From the NCBI GenBank assembly GCA_014816205.1, contig GCA_014816205.1_4096.1: a stretch of DNA of 28,420 bases, one strand, 5' to 3'. This stretch comes from a phage. The translations under genes and the position numbers were made by a program. Numbering within the stretch: the first letter of the stretch is position 1; each line of letters opens with the position of its first letter. This document shows, piece by piece, positions 16,267 through 23,790 of this stretch. Below the pieces are notes generated by a model that saw only the letters and a program-made list of their open reading frames with translations, made no database searches and was not told the DNA's origin.

Positions 16267-16536
16267 TCAATAGGTGTATGGTTGACGCTCAAACAATGAT
16301 TGCACGTTGTACGCCCCGCTTATGGGCTTCGCTGGCAAATCAATTTTATATTGTTCACGCTTAAAGATAATAAAACGGCAATTGTTTTTAACATCAAAAT
16401 TGATTGAACGTTCCAGGAGTTTACCATCGTGCACAAATACAAGATAACCGCTTGGTACTTGTTTTGTAGAACTGGTTGCAACCATAGACCGACGAACATG
16501 TGTACCTGCATCGATTAAAGTACTGATATTTTTCAT
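16267..16536 (-). CDS. hypothetical protein (89 aa)
   Basis: ORF track; AAGAGGAAAG upstream. Confidence 0.6.
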   Translation of the reverse strand: MKNISTLIDAGTHVRRSMVATSSTKQVPSGYLVFVHDGKLLERSINFDVKNNCRFIIFKREQYKIDLPAKPISGAYNVQSLFERQPYTY

Positions 16537-16616
16537 TTTACTTTCCTCTTAAGTTGATTTAATTTCTTTCCCCTATGCAGACACTATATCAAAGTATCTG
16601 CATAAAGTAAAGCTAA

Positions 16617-16940
16617 TTAAAGATCTTTTTTGCGTTTAACATTCTGTACAGTACAATGCAACGGGATATTAAGATCATTGCACAAACGATAGAGGGAGGT
16701 TTCAACAGTATCAAGCCCGTCTACTGATTCCTTTAAGAGTGATACCGCCGTTTGTTGATATGCATCCTCATAGCCATAAGTAAATGATTCAACCGCCAGA
16801 TCATTCAAGCCGTTATCCAGTTCAACGCTTACATGACAAGAATGATAAGTATTGCCATATGAATCAGTCCAACGTTTACCGTCAACATTGATTGCATGGA
16901 TTGCAGCCAGGGAAACGGTGTTGATGATAGTTTTAGCCAT
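16617..16940 (-). CDS. hypothetical protein (107 aa); paralog of 10200..10523
   Basis: ORF track; shared RWTDSYGNTYHSC and FTYGY and KRKKD motifs. Confidence 0.6.
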   Translation of the reverse strand: MAKTIINTVSLAAIHAINVDGKRWTDSYGNTYHSCHVSVELDNGLNDLAVESFTYGYEDAYQQTAVSLLKESVDGLDTVETSLYRLCNDLNIPLHCTVQNVKRKKDL

Positions 16941-16968
16941 TTTAGTATTCCTTAAATTAATATGTGTC

Positions 16969-17042
16969 GTCTTGATAAAATCTATTATGCCAGTACTATC
17001 AAACTATGTCAATAGTACTGTGATAATATTTTTACTTACTTT
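16969..17042 (-). repeat. about 74-bp direct repeat, copy A (promoter module)
   Basis: Identical to 17263-17336; contains RC of TTGACA and CATAAT. Confidence 0.65.
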
Positions 17043-17244
17043 CTTTTGATGCTTTATATGTTGCCACTGCCATAACCACATCAGCACGAACAAAGTTTTT
17101 AACCGTGTCAGTGTAGTAATTGATTGCATCGTCTACATCTGTGAACGTCCGATACATACCGCACCAAGATACTTTATAACCTTCTTTCACTTGTTCAAGT
17201 TTAACCAGTGTTTTGTTTACTTTAATTTTAGTAATGATAGCCAT
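17032..17244 (-). CDS. hypothetical protein (70 aa)
   Basis: ORF track. Confidence 0.6.
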   Translation of the reverse strand: MAIITKIKVNKTLVKLEQVKEGYKVSWCGMYRTFTDVDDAINYYTDTVKNFVRADVVMAVATYKASKESK

Positions 17245-17262
17245 TATTGTTTCCTCTTAGTT

Positions 17263-17336
17263 GTCTTGATAAAATCTATTATGCCAGTACTATCAAACTA
17301 TGTCAATAGTACTGTGATAATATTTTTACTTACTTT
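17263..17336 (-). repeat. about 74-bp direct repeat, copy B
   Basis: Identical to 16969-17042; the two copies flank the 17032..17244 gene. Confidence 0.65.
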
Positions 17337-17469
17337 TTTCTTTCTTAATTGCTTCCACCTGGTCGGCCCATTCTTTACCCCATACTTGTAAATTATAATG
17401 GTACTGGCAAAGAGCAACGCCCCGCTTTAAACCAGTAATAGATTTTGTACCACATTGACAAGTTTTCAT
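17326..17469 (-). CDS. small Cys-rich protein (47 aa), possible zinc ribbon; absent from ORF track
   Basis: Hand translation: MKTCQCGTKSITGLKRGVALCQYHYNLQVWGKEWADQVEAIKKEKSK; preceded by cassette 17470-17554. Confidence 0.45.
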   Translation of the reverse strand: MKTCQCGTKSITGLKRGVALCQYHYNLQVWGKEWADQVEAIKKEKSK

Positions 17470-17554
17470 ATTAGTTTCCTTGTAGTGGGGAGAATCATTT
17501 CTCCCCTTGATGTAATGTATTATACTTTATTCGATTTACTTTGCAAGTACTTTT
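17470..17554 (-). promoter_or_regulatory. PeSL-like promoter/hairpin cassette
   Basis: ggggagaatcatttctcccc hairpin; RC of TATAAT and TTGCAA. Confidence 0.55.
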
Positions 17555-17782
17555 TTAATTTAATTCATCCAGGCAAAGGATACGTTCCACACCAAGATCC
17601 GTTAAACTAATGGTCGGTACTTGATAGGTTTCAATGTATGCTACACTTGCCCACTGACCGAACTCATTAACGGCCCAGGTATTCATTGCATTTTGCAATT
17701 CCACACCTTCCTTGTTGGTAATGACTGCAACTACTTGTTCGTTGCCAGTAGTACCAGATACGCGAGTAATGATAATAGCCAT
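17555..17782 (-). CDS. hypothetical protein (75 aa)
   Basis: ORF track. Confidence 0.6.
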   Translation of the reverse strand: MAIIITRVSGTTGNEQVVAVITNKEGVELQNAMNTWAVNEFGQWASVAYIETYQVPTISLTDLGVERILCLDELN

Positions 17783-18231
17783 TTTTTAATTCCTATTCAG
17801 TAGTTGATGTATGTATTATGTCAGTACTTAAAACTATTGTCAAACTATTTTTTAAAATTTATCAATGATTGATGCCGTTTCATTGATAGTCTTGCCGTGT
17901 TTTGCACACGCGATAACTGCTTTAAATTCCTTTGATGACCAATCTTTCTTGCTGCATACTGACATTACTTGTAACGTGAAACAATCCAGTTCATAAGTAT
18001 TCATCTTTAAATCCTCAGTTAGTTAAGGTGTCTCGCCTTGATGTAATTAATTATACGCTAATCTCTTAATCGTGCAAGTACTTTTTATTACTTTTTGTAA
18101 AATACTTTAAACACTCTCAATCGCTTTCTAACGTCCTTAACGCCACCAGCTAGGGCAATGTATCAGATAATCAGTTTAATGCGTTAGAATCGATTCTAGG
18201 CGGTGCTAGTGGACTGGAATACTATAGACAC

Positions 18232-18258
18232 AAAAAAGCCCACTGTTTAAGGTGGGCT
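18232..18258 (-). terminator. rho-independent terminator
   Basis: Hairpin agcccactgtttaaggtgggct followed on minus strand by TTTTTT; directly downstream of 18280.. gene. Confidence 0.65.
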
Positions 18259-18279
18259 AGTGATTCAGTACTTTAATTG

Positions 18280-18762
18280 TTATGCTTCAACTTTGCGATG
18301 AGCTTCGATCCATTCCTCGCGAGTCAATCCGCTTTCTTTGATAGCATCCAGTACTACCGCAATGCAGTTACCGCGTACAGGAATCATATGTTCTTCCCCG
18401 TTATCAAGTACTACAGTAACACGTTCTTGAATCCATTTTTTAGGTTTAGATTCTGGCTTATCTTCACCATACTTAACCGCCAGGGCTTTATGTGCCATTT
18501 CTACAACTACTTCCAGATCCAATCCAGACACCGCCGCCTGGATACTTTCGATTGTTGCTTGCAGTTCGGCTTCACGGGCTTTTTTCTGTTCTTCCAGTTC
18601 TGCTACCTTTTTGGCTTGCAGTTCTTTAGCTTCACTGTACGCAATGTTAAAATTGTTGCGTACTGCTTTCATGGTATCGTTATCCAGGTCAGCCAGCAAT
18701 TCAGCAGCAATAACAGTATCGTTTGAAATCAGTGCTTTCAGGAATGATTTTACATTAGCCAT
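18280..18762 (-). CDS. hypothetical protein (160 aa) with Glu/Lys/Ala-rich central segment
   Basis: ORF track 18280..18777 trimmed to ATG at 18762 with GAGGA 9 nt upstream. Confidence 0.6.
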   Translation of the reverse strand: MANVKSFLKALISNDTVIAAELLADLDNDTMKAVRNNFNIAYSEAKELQAKKVAELEEQKKAREAELQATIESIQAAVSGLDLEVVVEMAHKALAVKYGEDKPESKPKKWIQERVTVVLDNGEEHMIPVRGNCIAVVLDAIKESGLTREEWIEAHRKVEA

Positions 18763-18816
18763 TTTATAAATCCTCAATTAAAGTTTAGTTTACGTTTATT
18801 AGTGTATCAAAGTTTT

Positions 18817-18878
18817 ATCGACGTGTCCAGTTTTTCGTTCGACTTACTGGCGGTCTACTTAGTGCTCCCCGTCTTGAT
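18817..18878 (-). promoter_or_regulatory. structured leader element, copy 3 (long 5' UTR)
   Basis: Minus strand begins ACATCAAGACGGGGA and contains TAAGTAGACC, as in copies at 11226 and 22074; promoter TTGACA/TAGAAAT at 18886-18914. Confidence 0.4.
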
Positions 18879-18965
18879 GTAATACATTCTACGCCTTTTT
18901 GTGGTAATGTCAACTACTATTTTAAAACTATTTTTAAAGTATGCAGTACTACGATAATACAAAAA

Positions 18966-18992
18966 CAAAAAAGCCCACTGTATAAGTGGGCT
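18966..18992 (-). terminator. rho-independent terminator (duplicate of the 18232 module)
   Basis: Hairpin agcccactgtataagtgggct followed on minus strand by T-run; downstream of 19010.. gene. Confidence 0.65.
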
Positions 18993-19009
18993 AGTGATTC
19001 AGTACTATA

Positions 19010-19309
19010 TTATAAACAGTTAATTACTCCGGTGTGCGTTACTTTCTCAGTATCCATAACAGTGACCGAACCGCGTTTAGTACTTGCATCGTAATAAATT
19101 GTCGTGCTACCTTTTTCGTCTTCTTCATGGAACGGCCCGTTTTTAAATGCTTCTGGCTGGATCTCTAAATCCTTTAAAACAATCTCGCCAGTACTTTCAT
19201 TGGTCATCGCTACAGTGCACTGAATGAATTTTTCACTACTTACATCTAACGACGCATTAACAGCGAAAGAGGAAACAGATAAAGCCAGGGCGATGATTGC
19301 AATTTTCAT
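19010..19309 (-). CDS. secreted or periplasmic small protein with N-terminal signal peptide (99 aa)
   Basis: ORF track; MKIAIIALALSVSSFAVNA has a hydrophobic core and an AxA-type cleavage site. Confidence 0.6.
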   Translation of the reverse strand: MKIAIIALALSVSSFAVNASLDVSSEKFIQCTVAMTNESTGEIVLKDLEIQPEAFKNGPFHEEDEKGSTTIYYDASTKRGSVTVMDTEKVTHTGVINCL

Positions 19310-19393
19310 TTGATTATCCTTAGTTACCAGGGGGAACCGCTCCCCCTTGCGATGTAAAATATTATACAGTACTAAAAACTATTATCAAGTACT
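19310..19393 (-). promoter_or_regulatory. PeSL-like promoter/hairpin cassette
   Basis: gggggaaccgctccccc hairpin; RC of TATAAT. Confidence 0.5.
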
Positions 19394-19630
19394 TTATGAT
19401 TTTTTATAAAACATTTCGGCAGTGATATTTTTACCCGTTGGTTGTACTTTATCCAGAATTTTTTGATGCCCTGGCCGTCCAAATGAATATGATCCGTAAA
19501 CCGTAAACCAGTAGTTACCCTCAGTGTTTACATGTACAGCACAATAGGGAACGCCCCGCGATTCATCACTAGTAAAGTGTGATACCGTTCCCGTTACATT
19601 CGCAGACGTTGATTTGATTTGTTCGAGCAT
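19394..19630 (-). CDS. hypothetical protein (78 aa)
   Basis: ORF track. Confidence 0.6.
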   Translation of the reverse strand: MLEQIKSTSANVTGTVSHFTSDESRGVPYCAVHVNTEGNYWFTVYGSYSFGRPGHQKILDKVQPTGKNITAEMFYKKS

Positions 19631-19738
19631 TTTCTTATTCCTTAGTTACCAGGGGAACCGCTCCCCCTATGCAAAACATTATACGCGTTTAAAAACTAAT
19701 TGCAAGTATTTTAATAAAAAGTATTTGAAAAATAATTG

Positions 19739-19767
19739 TTGACAACTGCATCCAGTACTGGCATAAT
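19739..19767 (+). promoter_or_regulatory. plus-strand sigma70-like promoter
   Basis: ttgaca 19739-19744, 17-bp spacer, cataat 19762-19767; no plus-strand ORF follows. Confidence 0.45.
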
Positions 19768-19773
19768 TACTAC

Positions 19774-19880
19774 ATAAAGACGATACAGTCACTAACCCAC
19801 AGGGTGCATAGATCCGTCTATTAAATGATTCAGTACTGAAAAAGTAACGGGGAGTTATTATCTCCCCGCGTTGTTATTTG
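19774..19880 (+). ncRNA. candidate small non-coding RNA (about 100 nt)
   Basis: Runs from the 19739 promoter to hairpin cggggagttattatctccccg (19848-19868) plus U-rich tail; contains the 19-nt motif; only a 4-codon ORF. Confidence 0.3.
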
Positions 19881-20095
19881 GTAAGGTATAAACAGAAGTC
19901 ACCTTTATTTGCTACGCCGCCAGTGTAACGCGATGAATAGTTAGAAATATCTTGTACTTCTGCTATTACCAGTGTATCATCATTCATTTCGTCGCAGAAG
20001 CAAACGGCTGGATCTTTTACGCCGATATTGTCGGCATGTTCCCGCATAGATTTAACCAGTGCTTCCAGTTGAGAAAGAGTAGTGATATTAGCCAT
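19874..20095 (-). CDS. hypothetical protein (73 aa)
   Basis: ORF track 19874..20125 trimmed to ATG at 20095. Confidence 0.55.
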   Translation of the reverse strand: MANITTLSQLEALVKSMREHADNIGVKDPAVCFCDEMNDDTLVIAEVQDISNYSSRYTGGVANKGDFCLYLTK

Positions 20096-20179
20096 TGTAT
20101 TTTCCTCATTACCAGGGAGAACCATTTCTCCCCTCTATGTAAACTATTATACAGTACTAAAAACTAATTGCAAGTACTT
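20096..20179 (-). promoter_or_regulatory. PeSL-like promoter/hairpin cassette
   Basis: gggagaaccatttctccc hairpin; RC of TATAAT and TTGCAA. Confidence 0.5.
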
Positions 20180-20365
20180 TTAATTAAATTTTGTACCGTC
20201 CAGTAATGAAGCATTACGCATCATTCGCCCAGCACGATCCCAGCTAGTAGGATCGGGAATCCCTTGCAACTCGTTAGGGGAGATCTCAATCTTGATCCCT
20301 ACATTGATAACAGTCATTCCAGCCTTTGCAGCTTGCTCTCGGATAACCTCAGATAATGTTGTCAT
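20180..20365 (-). CDS. hypothetical protein (61 aa)
   Basis: ORF track 20180..20407 trimmed to ATG at 20365 with AGGAG 8 nt upstream; track M1 is a TTG. Confidence 0.55.
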   Translation of the reverse strand: MTTLSEVIREQAAKAGMTVINVGIKIEISPNELQGIPDPTSWDRAGRMMRNASLLDGTKFN

Positions 20366-20426
20366 GATTAAAGCTCCTGTATCGCTTATAATGTTTGTCA
20401 GTACCAATATAAAGTATTATACGCCT

Positions 20427-20639
20427 TTATTGCTTAGTGTCCAGTACTTTTAAAACATAATCAAAGACACCACGCACATCATTGATCATCGCCTGGCGGT
20501 TAGCAGGTAACGCATCAGGATCGCCACTATCCCAGGCATTAATAAAGCCACCTAAATCATGGAATACTTTATTCTGTAAGCCGATTAACTGTAATTCTTT
20601 TTCTTCAAGCTCTTTGATGCGGTCGATTAAATCACTCAT
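20427..20639 (-). CDS. hypothetical protein (70 aa)
   Basis: ORF track 20427..20675 trimmed to ATG at 20639 with GAGGATTATCTAATG context. Confidence 0.55.
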   Translation of the reverse strand: MSDLIDRIKELEEKELQLIGLQNKVFHDLGGFINAWDSGDPDALPANRQAMINDVRGVFDYVLKVLDTKQ

Positions 20640-20656
20640 TAGATAATCCTCAGTAC

Positions 20657-20941
20657 TTAACTGTAAGATCCGCAACGGTCGCAGTAGTGCCCGTCCTCGT
20701 CATCGTCAACGAATTGACCGACGAAATGATCTACTTTCGCTTTGAGGTTATTATAATCGTTTTCTACTTCCTTTAAACGTTCCTGGTAGTATTCCAGTGC
20801 CTTAAGATACGCCGCCTCAGTCGTTTTCTCACGCATAGCTAAATTCATTCCACGCGTTTCATCAAATAGCCAATAACCATCGGTGCATTGACTGATAGAT
20901 AATGACTTGCTTAGTACTGTATAGTTAATTACTTTACCCAT
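20657..20941 (-). CDS. hypothetical protein (94 aa)
   Basis: ORF track; same GAGGATTATCTAATG start context as 20427 gene; C-terminal HYCDRCG. Confidence 0.6.
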   Translation of the reverse strand: MGKVINYTVLSKSLSISQCTDGYWLFDETRGMNLAMREKTTEAAYLKALEYYQERLKEVENDYNNLKAKVDHFVGQFVDDDEDGHYCDRCGSYS

Positions 20942-21033
20942 TAGATAATCCTCAGTAAAGGCGGGAACTATTCCCCGCCTCGATATAAAGTATTATACGT
21001 TAATCTAACTACAATGCAAGTACTTTTTAAATT
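20942..21033 (-). promoter_or_regulatory. PeSL-like promoter/hairpin cassette
   Basis: gcgggaactattccccgc hairpin; RC of TATAAT and TTGCAT. Confidence 0.5.
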
Positions 21034-21300
21034 TTATAATCCTTTTACTGCATCAGGTGCGACTACGCCATCAATGTATTGAACATCGTTTTCCACTTCA
21101 CGGGCGGCATCATTCAGCAGATCAAAATTAAATTCCATTTCTTCCAGATCATCGAAATCAGGCTCATAACCATTAATTGTTGAATAAGTCCAAGTACCTT
21201 TTTCATAAGTTACGACACTTACATCAGGGAAGAAATCTTGCACATGATCCATCGCATCCCGAACCAATTGATGTGCAGTTGTGATATTTAAAGTTTTCAT
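21034..21300 (-). CDS. hypothetical acidic protein (88 aa)
   Basis: ORF track. Confidence 0.6.
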   Translation of the reverse strand: MKTLNITTAHQLVRDAMDHVQDFFPDVSVVTYEKGTWTYSTINGYEPDFDDLEEMEFNFDLLNDAAREVENDVQYIDGVVAPDAVKGL

Positions 21301-21393
21301 TTTGTTGCCCTTTTAGTGTGAGCGGGGAACCATTCCCCGCCTCGATATAAAGTATTATACGCTTTTAAACTTAGTTTGCAAGTACTTTTTGAA
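21301..21393 (-). promoter_or_regulatory. PeSL-like promoter/hairpin cassette
   Basis: gcggggaaccattccccgc hairpin; RC of TATAAT and TTGCAA. Confidence 0.5.
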
Positions 21394-22005
21394 TTAATAT
21401 TCGATTGATTCTACTACGCCATCAATAACATTGAATTGATACTCGTTACCCTCAATCAGTGCTACGATGTTTTCAGTAGTGAATTGATCCTCATATGCAT
21501 TCTCTAAATCACGGTACAACTTGCGTGACAATTCACGAATAGTTTCAGTGAGTAGTTCCTCAAGCTCATTAACTAACGTTTCTTGTTTTGCGGTTAAATC
21601 AGTGTAAGCCGATTCAATGTACCCGCTTACAGTGTTCTCATGCGAGTAGTGAGAGTGAGAACGCTTTACACTCATCGCCAAATCATCTTCATTCAGCAGG
21701 TGACGGATTGAGCGATACTTAGTTAATGCTCTTACCTTGCGTAAAAACTTCACTGCGTCAACGTGGTCAGTACTGATTGATGCACCGTCACCCTGGGACC
21801 AAAAACCACTGAATTGTATTTCAGCGTCATTAATGCCATATTCCGGTAGTACTGTTTCTTTATAGTATTCAATTTCACTTTCAGAAAAATAATCATCGTT
21901 TAAGTTTTTTTCACGTTCCCGAACCAGTTCGATAGCTGACGTTTTTTGTTCTGCGTTCAATTCAGAAAAAGCCATAACATAAGTAGTAGTAGTGATAGTT
22001 TTCAT
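21394..22005 (-). CDS. hypothetical protein (203 aa)
   Basis: ORF track; GAGGG 8 nt upstream; preceded by an unusually long multi-promoter leader. Confidence 0.65.
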   Translation of the reverse strand: MKTITTTTYVMAFSELNAEQKTSAIELVREREKNLNDDYFSESEIEYYKETVLPEYGINDAEIQFSGFWSQGDGASISTDHVDAVKFLRKVRALTKYRSIRHLLNEDDLAMSVKRSHSHYSHENTVSGYIESAYTDLTAKQETLVNELEELLTETIRELSRKLYRDLENAYEDQFTTENIVALIEGNEYQFNVIDGVVESIEY

Positions 22006-22073
22006 TTTGTAACCCTCATTCAGTAGTTGATGTAAGTATTATACGCTTTTAAAAACAATTGTCAAACTATTTT

Positions 22074-22147
22074 ATCAGGGGAGTTTTTCGTGTGCCTTAC
22101 TCCTGGGCTACTTAACGGGCAGTTACTTATTTCGTCCCCCGTCCTGA
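22074..22147 (-). promoter_or_regulatory. structured leader element, copy 2
   Basis: About 85% identical to 11226-11298, same closing stem ATCAGG/CCTGAT; again between two tandem promoters. Confidence 0.4.
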
Positions 22148-22230
22148 TGTAAAACATTATACGCCTTTAAACATAGTTTGCAAGTACTTTTTATCAAATA
22201 GTTTTCAGTACTGAATAGTAAAAAAAAGTA

Positions 22231-22259
22231 TTGACAGCACTATCCAGTACTGGTATAAT
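22231..22259 (+). promoter_or_regulatory. plus-strand sigma70-like promoter
   Basis: ttgaca 22231-22236, 17-bp spacer, tataat 22254-22259; two copies of the 19-nt motif downstream in opposite orientation. Confidence 0.45.
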
Positions 22260-22382
22260 ATACCCCATGACAACAGCTAACCCACCGGGTGCACAATTGT
22301 AACTGTACTAAACTACTTTTTCTATAGATACACTCCCGCACCCTATGGGCTACGGCTTATCTGCCAATGAATACATTATGCC

Positions 22383-22413
22383 AGTATTGACAAAATAAGT
22401 CAATACTGGCAAT
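22383..22413. other. perfect 12-bp-stem hairpin
   Basis: gccagtattgac aaaataa gtcaatactggc; stem contains TTGACT, which with CATAAT 17 bp away forms a minus-strand promoter-like site. Confidence 0.5.
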
Positions 22414-22433
22414 TGTAAAGATTTGTAAACTGA

Positions 22434-22664
22434 TTATACTGCAATCGCGTCCAGGCTATAATAATAATAAGTGCCGTATTGGTGTACTTTATTACCTTTT
22501 ATTTCAGTACTGAATGAATCCGAACGATTGGCATATGATGTTAATTTAAAGTACTTTGTTTTGCTGATACGTTGCCATACACCGCAGATCCGCTGTAAGT
22601 AAGTAGTTTTATTAGTGGTAGTATCTTTTACGGTTTTAACTTCAGTCATATACATATTGGTCAT
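22434..22664 (-). CDS. hypothetical protein (76 aa)
   Basis: ORF track; AAGGAG upstream. Confidence 0.6.
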   Translation of the reverse strand: MTNMYMTEVKTVKDTTTNKTTYLQRICGVWQRISKTKYFKLTSYANRSDSFSTEIKGNKVHQYGTYYYYSLDAIAV

Positions 22665-22750
22665 TTTTTTACTCCTTGCTTTAGTGGGGAACTATTCCCC
22701 ACCTGATATAAAGTATTATACGCGTTTAAACTTAGTTTGCAAGTACTTTT
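22665..22750 (-). promoter_or_regulatory. PeSL-like promoter/hairpin cassette
   Basis: ggggaactattcccc hairpin; RC of TATAAT and TTGCAA. Confidence 0.5.
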
Positions 22751-23014
22751 TTATAGTACTGCTATCTTTTTAGTACGGTACACGGTAACACGATTCCCCT
22801 TACGGTCGAGCTTTATTTCTACCACTCGACGCGATACACTAGCAGGACTTTTTAAAGCTGATAGCCAGTACTGTAATGATCTGGCTGTACTACGCTTTAC
22901 AATGGCCCAACGTTTACCACTTGCCGATCCCGCTCCCATATCTTTAAACGTTGCCCCGTCCTGGCGTGCGGCGATCCGAGCTTGTTCACGCGTCGCAAAA
23001 TACTTAATATTCAT
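22751..23014 (-). CDS. hypothetical protein (87 aa); short paralog of 9709..10104
   Basis: ORF track; shared FATREQARIAARQDGATFKDMG and DRKGNRVTVY motifs; AAGGG upstream. Confidence 0.6.
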   Translation of the reverse strand: MNIKYFATREQARIAARQDGATFKDMGAGSASGKRWAIVKRSTARSLQYWLSALKSPASVSRRVVEIKLDRKGNRVTVYRTKKIAVL

Positions 23015-23050
23015 GCTGTTACCCTTATCGTTGGTGTATGAATAAAATCC

Positions 23051-23073
23051 TATTATAAAGTACTATCACCGTG
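23051..23073. promoter_or_regulatory. palindromic operator-like site in promoter region
   Basis: Perfect palindrome agtactatcaccgtgatagtact just upstream of TATAAT; approximate coordinates. Confidence 0.35.
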
Positions 23074-23095
23074 ATAGTACTTTAAATCTATTCTA

Positions 23096-23335
23096 TTACA
23101 TTCCAACCATTGCAGCACGGATCGCCGTAGTGCTATACTTAAAGCCGTCCGGCGTTTTATCTTGTCCAGTCTGTTCTAAAAATAGCATCATATGACGGGC
23201 CGCATCATTGCGATTAGTGTTAGCGGCAATAAAGTCCTGGGCCAACCGGTATAATGATTCATCGTTATTAATCCAAAGGCTTACATTCCATTGAGTTTTG
23301 TTAGCGTGACCTAAGAACATTTTTGATTTAGCCAT
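23096..23335 (-). CDS. hypothetical protein (79 aa)
   Basis: ORF track. Confidence 0.6.
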   Translation of the reverse strand: MAKSKMFLGHANKTQWNVSLWINNDESLYRLAQDFIAANTNRNDAARHMMLFLEQTGQDKTPDGFKYSTTAIRAAMVGM

Positions 23336-23427
23336 TTTTTAATCCTCTTATATAGTGGGGAACTATTCCCCACCTGATGTAAAACATTATACGCTTTTAA
23401 ACTTAGTTTGCAAGTACTTTATTAAAC
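23336..23427 (-). promoter_or_regulatory. PeSL-like promoter/hairpin cassette
   Basis: ggggaactattcccc hairpin; near-duplicate of 22665-22750. Confidence 0.5.
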
Positions 23428-23790
23428 TTATTCGTAAATTTTGCCACTATCAGCCCATACCAGGAAACGAGGCATATTATCCCATGCATCTTGCTTTAAA
23501 TTTAAACCGTGTAATACTTCTGTACTTTCCATTCCTGGTACTGGTTTACTATACACCGCGAACAATTCACCCATATACTGATACGCCATCGTCAAATCAC
23601 TGGCGATCATCTTATGGATCATCGCATCAAGCATCACGGTAGCGGCGTATTGTTCACGCTTAAGCGGTAACATTGCAATAAGTTCCCGATAAGCTGAAAT
23701 GTGAATTTTTACCGTTTCTGCCGGAAGATCTTTCATCTCGTCGCGGAAGTTAACCAGGTTAGCAATAATTTTATTGATTTGAGTCGCCAT
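23428..23790 (-). CDS. hypothetical protein (120 aa)
   Basis: ORF track 23428..23847 trimmed to ATG at 23790; track N-terminus is the translated hairpin. Confidence 0.6.
   Translation of the reverse strand: MATQINKIIANLVNFRDEMKDLPAETVKIHISAYRELIAMLPLKREQYAATVMLDAMIHKMIASDLTMAYQYMGELFAVYSKPVPGMESTEVLHGLNLKQDAWDNMPRFLVWADSGKIYE

Noticed and set aside
17921-18004. 27-codon minus-strand ORF (MNTYELDCFTLQVMSVCSKKDLVIKGI) with GAGGA upstream
   Set aside because: Too short and it ends abruptly; possibly the remnant of a frameshifted gene covering about 17855-18004. Not called.
21394-22005. Assigning the 203-aa protein to an anti-restriction (ArdA-like) family
   Set aside because: The impression rested only on its acidic composition; I could not align any diagnostic motif from memory. 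Left as hypothetical.
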